Positions 37,718 through 47,192 of a DNA stretch of 64,000 bases are shown piece by piece (position 1 is the first letter of the stretch; each line of letters opens with the position of its first letter). A program made the translations under genes and the position numbers. Source of the DNA: a virus (taxonomy: Duplodnaviria; Heunggongvirae; Uroviricota; Caudoviricetes); IMG/VR virus record IMGVR_UViG_3300026289_000086; one strand, 5' to 3'. The notes under the pieces are model-generated. The model was given only the letters and a program-made list of their open reading frames with translations. It did not search any database and was not told the DNA's origin.

Positions 37718-38179
37718 TTGAGCCAATACTACGGCGCAGTTTCAACATTCTCGCAGCCCAACGCTTTCATCCGTTCGCTTGCGCGCGTGAAGCGTCGCAT
37801 CGCCAGTATGCAATATACTGTGCATTCATACAGCCCGCTGCCGATCCACGACGCTTTCTCTTCAGTCTTACCCCCCATGATTTTCAAGGTCTATCTGATG
37901 CGCATCGGTGGTCGGCGTCGCCCGTGGCGCGATATCCTGAACAGCGTTGCCTACGTTGGGGACCTGCGCACGGTGACCGAAAAACGTGGCGACGCCATCT
38001 ACACCCAAGCACTGCTCGTCAGCGCCGAGGCATTGGCGCACTCCCAGTTGCCAGCCCTCTACGAACCGGTATTGGTGACAATCGCGCCGATGGCGATCCA
38101 ACTCCGTGGCTTCGAGCGTATGAAGGAGCCCGAGGGGTTCTACAGCGTGGTCCAGGAATGGCATTGCGTCACGCCGTAG
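37718..38179 (+). CDS. Hypothetical protein (weak call, TTG start)
   Basis: Only an ORF of coding-like composition between IS110 copy B and the 4-gene operon. Confidence 0.2.
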   Translation: MSQYYGAVSTFSQPNAFIRSLARVKRRIASMQYTVHSYSPLPIHDAFSSVLPPMIFKVYLMRIGGRRRPWRDILNSVAYVGDLRTVTEKRGDAIYTQALLVSAEALAHSQLPALYEPVLVTIAPMAIQLRGFERMKEPEGFYSVVQEWHCVTP

Positions 38180-38686
38180 TCCTCCGACCACCAGAGGCGC
38201 GCGCAAGGTGAGCGCAGCAATCGCGCCCAGTCACCAAAATCGGTGGAGTAAGTATCAGCAGTAACCTCTCGTGCTGAATCGTGCCGGCCCCCGGCCAGGA
38301 AGAGACGTAGCGGCGGCGAAAAATCGCCCGGCGCGAACGTCGGCTAACTGATCCGGAACCCGCCGCCCGGCTCTGTTCGCTGTCGGTCCAGTTCTCGGCC
38401 TGAGCTGACCTTGGGCCTGTGGTCAGACTAGAGCAGCAATGCGCTGGTTACCTGCCGCTCAGCCACAAGCAGCACCGATCGGCAGCATCTCTATCCGGCG
38501 AATACCTACTCCAGCCCCAAGCGGACGTATTCGCAGCTTTGATGGGCGTACGGCGCCTTCCGACGCGTCATCATCTTTCGGTACGGGGTCAAGATCTCCC
38601 AGTGCCAACCTCATGGCTACCTAGTATGATCGCGCAGATGGCATACTGCCTGAAAATCATAGGTCGTTACATGGGAGGGGCAGCCT

Positions 38687-39688
38687 TTGCGCATCAACCA
38701 CGCCGCGCAAATCTGCGCGCTTTCGTCGTCAGAACTTGAAGACTTCGTCAACGACTGGCTCGCCCAGCGTTGCAAGGACTACTACGGCCACGAGCTATGG
38801 CGTGGCACGGGTGACATGGGCCGCGATGTGACAGGGTACGTCACCGACCGCAGTATGGAAGGTCCATGGGACAACTTCCAGTGCAAGCAGCTCAGCTCTA
38901 AGCTCTCCGAGGCGTCAGCCTTCATCGAGCTAGGCAAGATATTCAAGCATTCGGCCGACGGCGCGTTCTCACTTCCACGCGCCTACACCTATGTCGCGCC
39001 GCTCGGCGTTGTTCGGAATGTGCGGCACTTCGTCGCACATCCCGAGCAGTTTAGGCAGGCCTTCCTGGACCGATGGGACAGTGTCATCGCTGGGGATCTC
39101 GTAGAGAATCAGGTCGTGAAGTTGACCTCCGAGATCGAGGCCAAAATTCGAGCGTTTGAATTCACGCGGGTGAACTGGCTAGACGCCAATCGCCTCGTCA
39201 ACGATCCCGCATGCAAAGCGGCTCTGGTGGCATGGTTTGGCGCCGACCCGGGACTCTGGCCTAGGGGCGTCGTGCCAGACGAAATTCAGGCCAGCGAGTC
39301 CTCCTACATCGGCCAGCTCCTCAAGATCTACGGGGAAAAGGGGCCGGGGACCTATCCGGACGCGGCTGCGGCGCTCGCATCTCCAGAGTTCGGCCCTCAC
39401 CTGCGTGCCCAGCGCACCCGTTTCTTCGATTCAGTGGCCTTTGATCGCTATTACCGCGATTCAACGCCCAAAGAGTACCTAAATTATTTCAAGGATGAGA
39501 TCTACCATGGTGTTCTCGACGTACACAATGGGGAGTACGCGGGCCGCTTCACACGGCTCAGTCAGGTAATGCAACACGCGGCTATCCTTCAGGCGTCCGG
39601 AGTACTAGGCAAACACGCAGGCCCACAGGTCAAGCAAGGCACCTGCCACCAGTTTGCAAACGAAGGGCTGCTGCCGTGGGATCGCTAG
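38687..39688 (+). CDS. Mrr-like restriction-endonuclease-fold protein (candidate effector), gene 1 of a 4-gene operon
   Basis: TTG start with a GGGAGGGG ribosome-binding site. The N-terminal block 'GDMGRDVTGYV...WDNFQCKQL' matches the PD-QxK (Mrr_cat-like) pattern also seen in ZorD ('IQCKSS'). Confidence 0.5.
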   Translation: MRINHAAQICALSSSELEDFVNDWLAQRCKDYYGHELWRGTGDMGRDVTGYVTDRSMEGPWDNFQCKQLSSKLSEASAFIELGKIFKHSADGAFSLPRAYTYVAPLGVVRNVRHFVAHPEQFRQAFLDRWDSVIAGDLVENQVVKLTSEIEAKIRAFEFTRVNWLDANRLVNDPACKAALVAWFGADPGLWPRGVVPDEIQASESSYIGQLLKIYGEKGPGTYPDAAAALASPEFGPHLRAQRTRFFDSVAFDRYYRDSTPKEYLNYFKDEIYHGVLDVHNGEYAGRFTRLSQVMQHAAILQASGVLGKHAGPQVKQGTCHQFANEGLLPWDR

Positions 39689-40191
39689 AGCGCAATGCAT
39701 GGGGCTCGCACCCGTTCAACAGCACACTAGAGACCGGAATCCGTGCGCTGGTGCTGCTGGAGGCCTTCTATCCGCGGCGCTGTGATCTGCTGGAGATGAC
39801 TTGGCTCGACCATCTAATCGTCCACACCGGCGACCTCGACGGCCAAGATGTGCCGGAAAGCTTGCATCCGGATTTACCCAACCGCGCCGGGGAGTTGCTC
39901 GTGCGCCGCCAACTGGTCGAGAAAAGCTTGCGCCTGATGCAGCAAGTGCATCTCGTCGACGTGTTCGAAACTGAGGAGGGTATTACGTTCGGTGCCAGCG
40001 AAGACGCGCCGAGCTACCTGGATCTCCTGCAGGCGCCGTATTCCCTTGCCCTCAAGGAACGCGCCAAGTGGATGGCCAACCGCTTCGCGGGCATGCAAAC
40101 CGCCGAGATGCGAGCGCTGATCGAGAGCCGCATCGGACGCTGGACCGCTGACTTCCGGGTAGAAGAGCTGCCAACGGGGCTTCAAAAATGA
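39676..40191 (+). CDS. Helical hypothetical protein (candidate 'middle component'), gene 2
   Basis: 171 aa, overlaps gene 1 by 13 nt and gene 3 by 4 nt. No catalytic motifs. Confidence 0.45.
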   Translation: MGSLERNAWGSHPFNSTLETGIRALVLLEAFYPRRCDLLEMTWLDHLIVHTGDLDGQDVPESLHPDLPNRAGELLVRRQLVEKSLRLMQQVHLVDVFETEEGITFGASEDAPSYLDLLQAPYSLALKERAKWMANRFAGMQTAEMRALIESRIGRWTADFRVEELPTGLQK

Positions 40192-42053
40192 ACGGCATCC
40201 GTCTGCGTCATCTGGTCTTCACCGGCCCGAACGTCGAGCTCGCCGAGCTTGAGTTCGGCGATGGCTTGAACATTGTTTTCGGTGCCTCCAACACCGGGAA
40301 GTCATTTGCGTCGAAGGCCATTCTCTTCGCGCTGGGCGCTTCCGGGAAGCTGCCGGAGACTCAGGAGATCAAGGCTTACGACGGTATCTGGCTCGGCATC
40401 ACGTTGGCCGACCAGGGCGAGTTTACGCTTTATCGGGCGACGCGCGGCGGCCACCTCAAGCTCTTCCCAGGCCTGATCAAGGGCGCGCAAAATTCCAAAG
40501 GGGAAGTACTACGCCAAGCGCACACCTACAAGCGCACCGACACCGTCTCGCATCGACTGCTTGAGGCTATTGGCCTGGCCAACAAGTGGGTGGTGCGCGA
40601 CGGCAACGGCAAGAAAGACTCGCTGTCCATCCGTCTGCTGTCGAAGTACTTTGTGGTGGGGGAAACGGACATCATGTCCGAGACCAGTCCGGTCTATCTA
40701 TCGGGCAGTCCGACAGAGCGCACGTTCGAGCAGAACCTCTTCAAGCTCCTCCTCACAGGCAGCGACGATTCGGCAGCCGTGACAGTCCCGAACGAGACGG
40801 AGCGCAAGGCCGCCAAGGCGGCGAAAATCGAGCTGGTCGACGAGTTGCTGGCGCAACTCGACGCTGAACTCGGCGGGGAGCCAACGGATAAGAAGGAAAC
40901 TGACGAGCAGCTTGAGCGACTCGATCAGAGTGCCGACGGCTTGCACGCTCGGTTGCAGAACACGCAAAACGAGCTGGATGGCCTCGTGGTCGCGCGACGT
41001 GCAAACCTTGATCGTAGCCGCGAACTGCAAGAGCGCGCCGGTGAGCTAGAGCTAACGCTGCAGCGCTTTGCCAAGCTGAAGGCGGTCTACAGCTCCGACC
41101 TGGATCGTCTACACTCCATTGAGGAAGGCGGCTACGTGCTGGTGGCCATGGTCGGACGTGACTGCCCGGTCTGTGGCGCTCCGCCCGACGCCCAGAAACA
41201 CAATCACGCCGCGGATGAGATTTCTATGGCGCACACGGCCGCTACCGCCGAGGCCTCCAAGATTGAGCGCGAGCAACGAGAACTCGCGCCCGTGATCGCC
41301 TCGCTTGAGGCCGAGGCCGTCGGTCTGAGTAAGACCATCGACAAGCTAATGACCGATACCGAGAGGCTAGACGGCGCTATTCAGGGCCTCCGCCCCCAGG
41401 AAGCATCTCTACGGGAGAGCTACGAGACCTACAACTCGAAGCGCGCCGAGATCCTCAAGGTGCTCGACCTCCATCACCGGCGCGCGAAGCTGGCATCGCG
41501 GCGCGCCGAGATCGGCGCCGTTCCGACGAAGCGCGAGGGTGAGCCGGCACGGGTAGGCCTGGACTCAACGACTGCATTTGACTTCGGCGAGACGGTGAAG
41601 GCAGTGTTGAAAGCCTGGAAATTCCCCGACGCTGACAAGGTCCAGTTCGATGGGAAGGCCAACGACATTACTGTCGGAGGCAAATCCCGTGCTGCCAATG
41701 GCAAGGGGGTCCGGGCAGTGCTCCACGCGGCTTTCAACGTCGCGGTGATTGTCCACTGCATCGACAACAACCGGCCGCATGCTGGCTTTCTAGTGCTCGA
41801 CACCCCGCTGCTCACCTACCGCGAGCCGCTGAAGTCGAAGTACGGTGAGTTGTCGCAGGACGAGGCCGAGCTCAAAGCTACCTCGCTCGCGGAACACTTC
41901 TACAAGTACCTCTCGAGCCTCGCGGAGCGCGTGCAAGTCATCGTCATCGAGAACTCGGATCCGCCCTCAGCCATTGACGGGTTGGCCCGCATCGAGACCT
42001 TCACTGGTGAGCAGGGCAATGGGCGGGCTGGGTTGCTCGCCAGGCTCGCATGA
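40188..42053 (+). CDS. Rad50/SMC-like ABC ATPase with coiled-coil insert and CPVC zinc-hook, gene 3
   Basis: Walker A 'FGASNTGKSFASKAILFALG' at the N-terminus. A long coiled coil contains a central 'RDCPVCGAPPD'. C-terminal Walker B/D-loop 'GFLVLDTPLLTYREP'. Confidence 0.7.
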   Translation: MNGIRLRHLVFTGPNVELAELEFGDGLNIVFGASNTGKSFASKAILFALGASGKLPETQEIKAYDGIWLGITLADQGEFTLYRATRGGHLKLFPGLIKGAQNSKGEVLRQAHTYKRTDTVSHRLLEAIGLANKWVVRDGNGKKDSLSIRLLSKYFVVGETDIMSETSPVYLSGSPTERTFEQNLFKLLLTGSDDSAAVTVPNETERKAAKAAKIELVDELLAQLDAELGGEPTDKKETDEQLERLDQSADGLHARLQNTQNELDGLVVARRANLDRSRELQERAGELELTLQRFAKLKAVYSSDLDRLHSIEEGGYVLVAMVGRDCPVCGAPPDAQKHNHAADEISMAHTAATAEASKIEREQRELAPVIASLEAEAVGLSKTIDKLMTDTERLDGAIQGLRPQEASLRESYETYNSKRAEILKVLDLHHRRAKLASRRAEIGAVPTKREGEPARVGLDSTTAFDFGETVKAVLKAWKFPDADKVQFDGKANDITVGGKSRAANGKGVRAVLHAAFNVAVIVHCIDNNRPHAGFLVLDTPLLTYREPLKSKYGELSQDEAELKATSLAEHFYKYLSSLAERVQVIVIENSDPPSAIDGLARIETFTGEQGNGRAGLLARLA

Positions 42054-42985
42054 GCGAGCACGCGCACTCGGTCCAGGTCACCGCTGGGAATTCGCAGCTT
42101 GCCGACCTGAAGAGGTCCTGGGTCACCGCAGTGTTCAGTGTCGAGGATGGCATTGGCCCCATGGAATCGCTGCATCAGGCCGGAGACTCGATCATTGCCG
42201 TAGCGACAATGACGGATCAAGGGATCAAAGTCATCGGCAGTGGCGTGATGATCGGCCCCGGACTGATGCTGACAGCAAGCCATGTCCTCGATGAGTTTCC
42301 GCAGGAGGGCACGGGCCCCGTCTGCTTGACATTCCTTCCGGGGGCAACTCGCGCGTGGCTGCCATGCGGAAGGACGACGTTGACTGGTGCCAGCTCATTT
42401 GCTCCCAACCGTCGCAAAGTGTCCGACCTGACATTGATGAGCTGCAGTCTTAACTCCGAGGCCCACGAAGAATTTCCTATTGTTCTGGCGCCAATTCAAC
42501 TGGCACTGCCATTGATCGGCGAACGGCTGTGGGCCTTCGGGTACCGCCATGGCGACATTCTGGACGGCGCAGCCTTGCTTACGCCACTGGTCACCTCCGG
42601 CGTCGTGACCGGCTGCTATCCGCAGGGCCGTGGTGAGCGCATGCCATCCACCTGCATCGAAGTTGAAATGGATACCATGGGCGGCATGAGCGGCGGACCC
42701 GTCGTTAACGATGATGGCTGGCTTGTGGGCATCGTTTCGTCGTCGTTCGAAGGCGGACCAACCTACGTCACGCTCGTCTGGGATGCAATTCGCATCTCGG
42801 TCGGAGAGGCTCCGAAGAACCTATGGCCAGGCGGCGCGGCGGATCTCATGATCGGACGAGACTTGGGCCTTGTAAAGCTCAAGGGCGCCGTAACGCGGGA
42901 CGCAGAAGGCAACGTGACGCTCACCATGTCGGATCCGGAGATGGAGCAACTGGCGACGTTCAGTGATCCGATACACATTACCTGA
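42050..42985 (+). CDS. Trypsin-like serine protease (chymotrypsin fold), gene 4
   Basis: Candidate catalytic His 'LMLTASHVL' and the Ser motif 'MGGMSGGPVVND' (GDSGGP-like). ATGA overlap with gene 3. Confidence 0.7.
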   Translation: MSEHAHSVQVTAGNSQLADLKRSWVTAVFSVEDGIGPMESLHQAGDSIIAVATMTDQGIKVIGSGVMIGPGLMLTASHVLDEFPQEGTGPVCLTFLPGATRAWLPCGRTTLTGASSFAPNRRKVSDLTLMSCSLNSEAHEEFPIVLAPIQLALPLIGERLWAFGYRHGDILDGAALLTPLVTSGVVTGCYPQGRGERMPSTCIEVEMDTMGGMSGGPVVNDDGWLVGIVSSSFEGGPTYVTLVWDAIRISVGEAPKNLWPGGAADLMIGRDLGLVKLKGAVTRDAEGNVTLTMSDPEMEQLATFSDPIHIT

Positions 42986-43203
42986 CGCAACTAGCGCAGA
43001 GGTGAATCATCTACGGCGCCCCTACTTCGAGTTGTACCCCGTACTTCGAGCCGAAAGTGTAAGTGTGAGTTCGCCGACTACGTAAGCTGACGTATCGCTT
43101 GCAAACGTCATTAGGCAGCACTGGGTCGGAACCGGGAATTGACCTCCCCGATATCGAGATGGCAATGAAAGGCAAAGCAAACTACCGAAGGTAGAATACT
43201 GCC

Positions 43204-43345
43204 ATGACCCGCGCTGATTTGATCGCCGCCATCGCCTCCCGCTTCCCAACGCTGACGGCGAAAGACGCCGACGTCGCAGTCAAGGAAATCCTTGATGCCA
43301 TCGGACGCTCCCTGGCGCAAGGTGATCGTGTCGAAATCCGTGGGC
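43204..43345 (+). pseudogene. Truncated IHF-beta/HU-family DNA-binding protein gene (N-terminal ~47 codons only)
   Basis: 'MTRADLIAAIASRFPTLTAKDADVAVKEILDAIGRSLAQGDRVEIRG' aligns with the IhfB/HU N-terminus up to 'IEIRG' and then loses similarity. zorD ends 113 bp downstream on the other strand. Confidence 0.55.
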
Positions 43346-43457
43346 AACAAACGCTTCCGGATCACCTGGCCTGCGTCGCCATTCAGCGCGTGCGCGCAAT
43401 GGCGATGACGATGTCTTGCGATGATCCGCCCAATCGTGCGCGACGCGACCTGATTGC

Positions 43458-46400
43458 TCATCCGCCATCCCACCCTGAAAACAGGAATGAGGCAAGTTCG
43501 CCACGGCGAATCGGTTGTTCGTTGAGGCGTTCTGCTAAGTCTTCTGAATCGAGTAATTCGACATGGTTGATTCGCCCCTGCTCACGCGCAGTGCGGTTGA
43601 ACCGACAATTGGTCACTGCGACAAGGGAAAAGCGAACCTCTGGATGGCGCGCTGCATATGCGGCCGATCCCGCGACCACATCTTTTACCGCCTCCCATCC
43701 TAGTTCCCGGCCGTCGATCGACGAACTCTTGCACTGGATAAGAACTCCGGCCTTTCCGTTGATCGCCACCACATCGACCCCGCCGTCCCCAACGCGAGGG
43801 GTGCGCCTAGTGTTCCGGTATCCCAGCTTGCTCCAAAGGATTGCGCAGAAGGCCTCGAATGCATCTGGGTCGAGTTCGCCGAGTTCGTCGGCCCTGATGA
43901 GATCCGGGCCGAACGCGTTACCGCCGCCAGGGGCCTCCAAGTCGCCGAAGTCTGACGGACGCAGGTCCCCGGTCCCGTTGAGCATATCCGTGGAGAGGCC
44001 GCGCTTCCATTCGAGCAGGGCGTCCAGTTTCTGGTCAAATGTAGTGAAATCCTCGGCCAACACGACAGGGTAATAGACGAACACGTCCTTCGTCTGGCCG
44101 ATTCGGTAAGCGCGGTCGGTGGCCTGGTCTTCCTTGGCCGGATTCCATGTCCGCGTGAAGTGGACGACATGGTTCGCCGCTTGGATGTTAACCCCGAAGC
44201 CGACAGCCAGCGGGGAAAGGATGATCGTTCCAAACCCCGGGGCCTCTTGGAACTTCGTGATGCGTTTCTGGCGGTTGTTCGAGTTACCTGCGGCCGCAGA
44301 GGTGTCCCCGTTTATCACATCGGGAAGAAAGCCCAGGCGTTCGTGGATGACTCGTTGCAGCGTTCGCTGCAAATCGCGGAACTCGCAGAAGATGATGGCT
44401 TTTTCTCCAGCAGCCCGGATGTGCCCGAGCTTGTTGAGCAGCCATGCCATTTTCGGAGAGTGCCGAATGATTTCCGTTACGGGCTCGGAGCCACCGGAGA
44501 CGCTGCCCGGCGGGCGGGGGTCCGAGCAGAGGCGACGCAGGTATTGAAGCAGCCCGAGATGGCTCTGGAGGCCAGAAGGTGCCCCTCCATCGGATCCCTT
44601 GCGAAACAACCCAACGGCTTCAGCGTAGTGCGCCCGCTGCCGATCCGACAGTGGCAGACTTCGGCATTCGAGAACCTCGATCTTCTTCGGCAGGTCCTTG
44701 GCCACATCCGCCTTGACCCTACGCAGTTTTTGCGGCTCGATGAGTTCGCGCAGTTCTGCGACCCTGTCCTTTTCCTCTTCACTCTCCGCCTCGATCGGCT
44801 TGCGATAGCGTTCCCCAAAGTCCTTTAGGGCGCCGAGCAGTCCCGGCTGAACGAAGTCGAACAAACACCAGATGTCGGTGAGCGTGTTCTCAACCGGTGT
44901 TCCCGTGCAGGCGATCTTGAACCGGGCATTTTGCTTTTTCGCCGCACGCGTCACCAGCGCATTCGGGTTCTTGATCTTCTGCGCCTCGTCGCAAACCATC
45001 ATTGACCAGCGTTGCCAAGCCAGCGAAAACTCTAGGTCGCGCAGCGTTTCGTACGTCGTCAGAACGATCTTCGCGTCGCCGAGCCAGTCGCGCCGGAGCA
45101 GCCTCGTCACGCCGGCCCCAGCGAGTTCCTCGTTGAGCGAACTTCTTGGCAGGCGTTTTTGCGCAAGGTCGGAACCGTAGAGCGTCAGGATCGGTAACGC
45201 TTTGGGCTCGAAGAACTTTCCGATTTCCTCTTTCCAGTTCTCCAGCAGGGAGACCGGGGCCACGACGAGAAACGGGTCGATTTTCTCATTCGCCTCAATG
45301 GCTGCGGCCATGAACGCGAGCAGTTGAATAGTCTTGCCAAGCCCCATGTCGTCGGCGAGCAGAGCGCCCCTACAGTCGCCAGGGGATTTTCCCCACAGGT
45401 GTTGGAGCCACGCCACACCGGTTTTTTGATGTTCCTTGAGCTCGATCTCGCGTTTGAGGCTCGACGGTAGGACGGGGGCCAGCCCCTCCGGCATGGCCAG
45501 CCAGCCCCGGCACTCCTCGTAATCGAGCGTGTCGACATTCGGCTTGACCACCAAACCTTTGCGTTCGATCGGAACGCGTCCACCGACTCCAGGCTTGCTT
45601 GGCTCGAATGTACCCGATGACACAGCGGCGCTGGCCGATCCGAGTGCTTCAAGAGCCTCCTGCGCCCACGCAACATTTAGTGGTTTTGGGCAACCTGGGA
45701 ACTGAAACGACTTGAGGTTTTCCTCCTTAGCCTTAGCCAACGCCTCGCGGAACGCTCCGAGCGTCTCCTCAGACAGCGCGACGGCAACCGTGCCCCCGCC
45801 GCCCTCGGGCGTGTAGCACAGACCAACGTCGACGTTGTCCGGGAACCAGCCGGACTCCTCGCTTTTTCTGGCGATGAACGGAGAGTAGTAGGGTTTCTCG
45901 ACCCCAAAACCCTCAACCCGTTCCGAGTATCGAGTGATGTCGAATATCTCGGACGCCTTGAAACCCGTCGCCCCCCCCAGTTCGTCGTGGGCAGCCCACA
46001 GCAGGGCCGCTTGGTCTGGGGTGTCCCCGAGTATTTCCAAATCGGCGCCTTCCCAGTGGCAGCACTGGGAGCCCCTTGCGATCCTCTCGTCGAGCTTGGT
46101 GAGGAACTTCTCCAATGCGTCGGCGCCTTCGAACACCACTTCCTCGGCGGTAACGTGGCCGGCGCTGGTTTCTTCGACCAAAATTCCCGTCTCGAATGGC
46201 CGTCCGGAGTCGTCGCGCCTCACGATTGCCGTGAAACGGGCGAAGGAGATGCCGGCCTCTTCCCTGGCGTCCTCGAATTGCTGCGGATCGATGACCTTGG
46301 CGGCATCGGGGCCCAGCGCGGCGAACGGATTGCGCGCGAAGGCTTCGGCGCGCTCACCACAGACCCTTCGACCCGGCATTCTCTTGATTTCCCGCAGGAC

Positions 46401-47189
46401 AGTTCGGGCCTCTGGAGAGATGACGATGTGAGCAAGCCCCTCGCCGTCGGGAATCTCATAGCGTTCCCCGACCGATCCTAGCCGGTCGAAAATTTCCAGC
46501 CAGCGCGGCGGTTCCCCATCAAATCCCGGAATGACCTCGATGGTTCCGCTTGCGCCTTTGCGCATCCGGATGTGGATTTTCTCCGGTGTCAGGACGACGG
46601 TCTTTTTGAGGAAATCCGAAAGGTCGGAGCCAGCCGAAACCGCCCGCGTCCTTATTGCGGCCCAAGCCCTGCGGTTGGAGTCTGCGTTCCTCCCTTCTTT
46701 GGGCCGCGCATGAAATTTAGCGACGGCCTGCAAGGTCTCCCACGTCTCAGGCGGCAGCAGAGCCTCTGAGGATCCCGTTCGAAGCAATGCGTCCTCTATG
46801 GCGGGATCCGAGCGCAGCGGAAGATCGTCGGGACCGACCCATCCAGCAATCGCCACCGAGAATTCCTCGTCTGTCAGCGAACCCCTGCTGGACAACGCTG
46901 GGCGCCAGCGTTGGACCGGGGGCAGCCCAAGAATCGGCATGCCTTCGGCATGGGCCGGCGACGACATGAGGCGATAAAGGCTATCCCACTCGATCCGTGC
47001 GCTGTCTCCGTCTCGCTCGACGTACCCCTCGTCCTCAAGTTGGGCGACCAGTGCCGCGAACTCAGTCAGAGGGCCAGCCAATGCTCCGGGAAACAGAACT
47101 CCCTCGGACGTGAATTCGGTGGTCGGGCGCTTGGACGCGACGGCATCGTCCACCTTCTTCTTGCCCGAGCCAAACACAGACCATCCCAT
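43458..47189 (-). CDS. zorD: ZorD: SNF2-family helicase with C-terminal Mrr-like nuclease domain (Zorya type I)
   Basis: Motif I 'LLADDMGLGKTIQ', motif II 'MMVCDEAQKIKN', 'TGTPVEN' and a helicase-C region. The C-terminus 'VDVVAINGKAGVLIQCKSS' gives D...QxK. Its position as the 4th gene after zorABC fits. Confidence 0.8.
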   Translation of the reverse strand: MGWSVFGSGKKKVDDAVASKRPTTEFTSEGVLFPGALAGPLTEFAALVAQLEDEGYVERDGDSARIEWDSLYRLMSSPAHAEGMPILGLPPVQRWRPALSSRGSLTDEEFSVAIAGWVGPDDLPLRSDPAIEDALLRTGSSEALLPPETWETLQAVAKFHARPKEGRNADSNRRAWAAIRTRAVSAGSDLSDFLKKTVVLTPEKIHIRMRKGASGTIEVIPGFDGEPPRWLEIFDRLGSVGERYEIPDGEGLAHIVISPEARTVLREIKRMPGRRVCGERAEAFARNPFAALGPDAAKVIDPQQFEDAREEAGISFARFTAIVRRDDSGRPFETGILVEETSAGHVTAEEVVFEGADALEKFLTKLDERIARGSQCCHWEGADLEILGDTPDQAALLWAAHDELGGATGFKASEIFDITRYSERVEGFGVEKPYYSPFIARKSEESGWFPDNVDVGLCYTPEGGGGTVAVALSEETLGAFREALAKAKEENLKSFQFPGCPKPLNVAWAQEALEALGSASAAVSSGTFEPSKPGVGGRVPIERKGLVVKPNVDTLDYEECRGWLAMPEGLAPVLPSSLKREIELKEHQKTGVAWLQHLWGKSPGDCRGALLADDMGLGKTIQLLAFMAAAIEANEKIDPFLVVAPVSLLENWKEEIGKFFEPKALPILTLYGSDLAQKRLPRSSLNEELAGAGVTRLLRRDWLGDAKIVLTTYETLRDLEFSLAWQRWSMMVCDEAQKIKNPNALVTRAAKKQNARFKIACTGTPVENTLTDIWCLFDFVQPGLLGALKDFGERYRKPIEAESEEEKDRVAELRELIEPQKLRRVKADVAKDLPKKIEVLECRSLPLSDRQRAHYAEAVGLFRKGSDGGAPSGLQSHLGLLQYLRRLCSDPRPPGSVSGGSEPVTEIIRHSPKMAWLLNKLGHIRAAGEKAIIFCEFRDLQRTLQRVIHERLGFLPDVINGDTSAAAGNSNNRQKRITKFQEAPGFGTIILSPLAVGFGVNIQAANHVVHFTRTWNPAKEDQATDRAYRIGQTKDVFVYYPVVLAEDFTTFDQKLDALLEWKRGLSTDMLNGTGDLRPSDFGDLEAPGGGNAFGPDLIRADELGELDPDAFEAFCAILWSKLGYRNTRRTPRVGDGGVDVVAINGKAGVLIQCKSSSIDGRELGWEAVKDVVAGSAAYAARHPEVRFSLVAVTNCRFNRTAREQGRINHVELLDSEDLAERLNEQPIRRGELASFLFSGWDGG

Positions 47190-47192
47190 TGC

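Noticed and set aside
43204-44073. 289-aa plus-strand ORF starting with the IHF-like N-terminus
   Set aside because: Only the first ~47 codons have IHF/HU similarity. The remainder overlaps zorD antisense and is Ser/Arg/Pro-rich, so it is treated as a truncated pseudogene instead.
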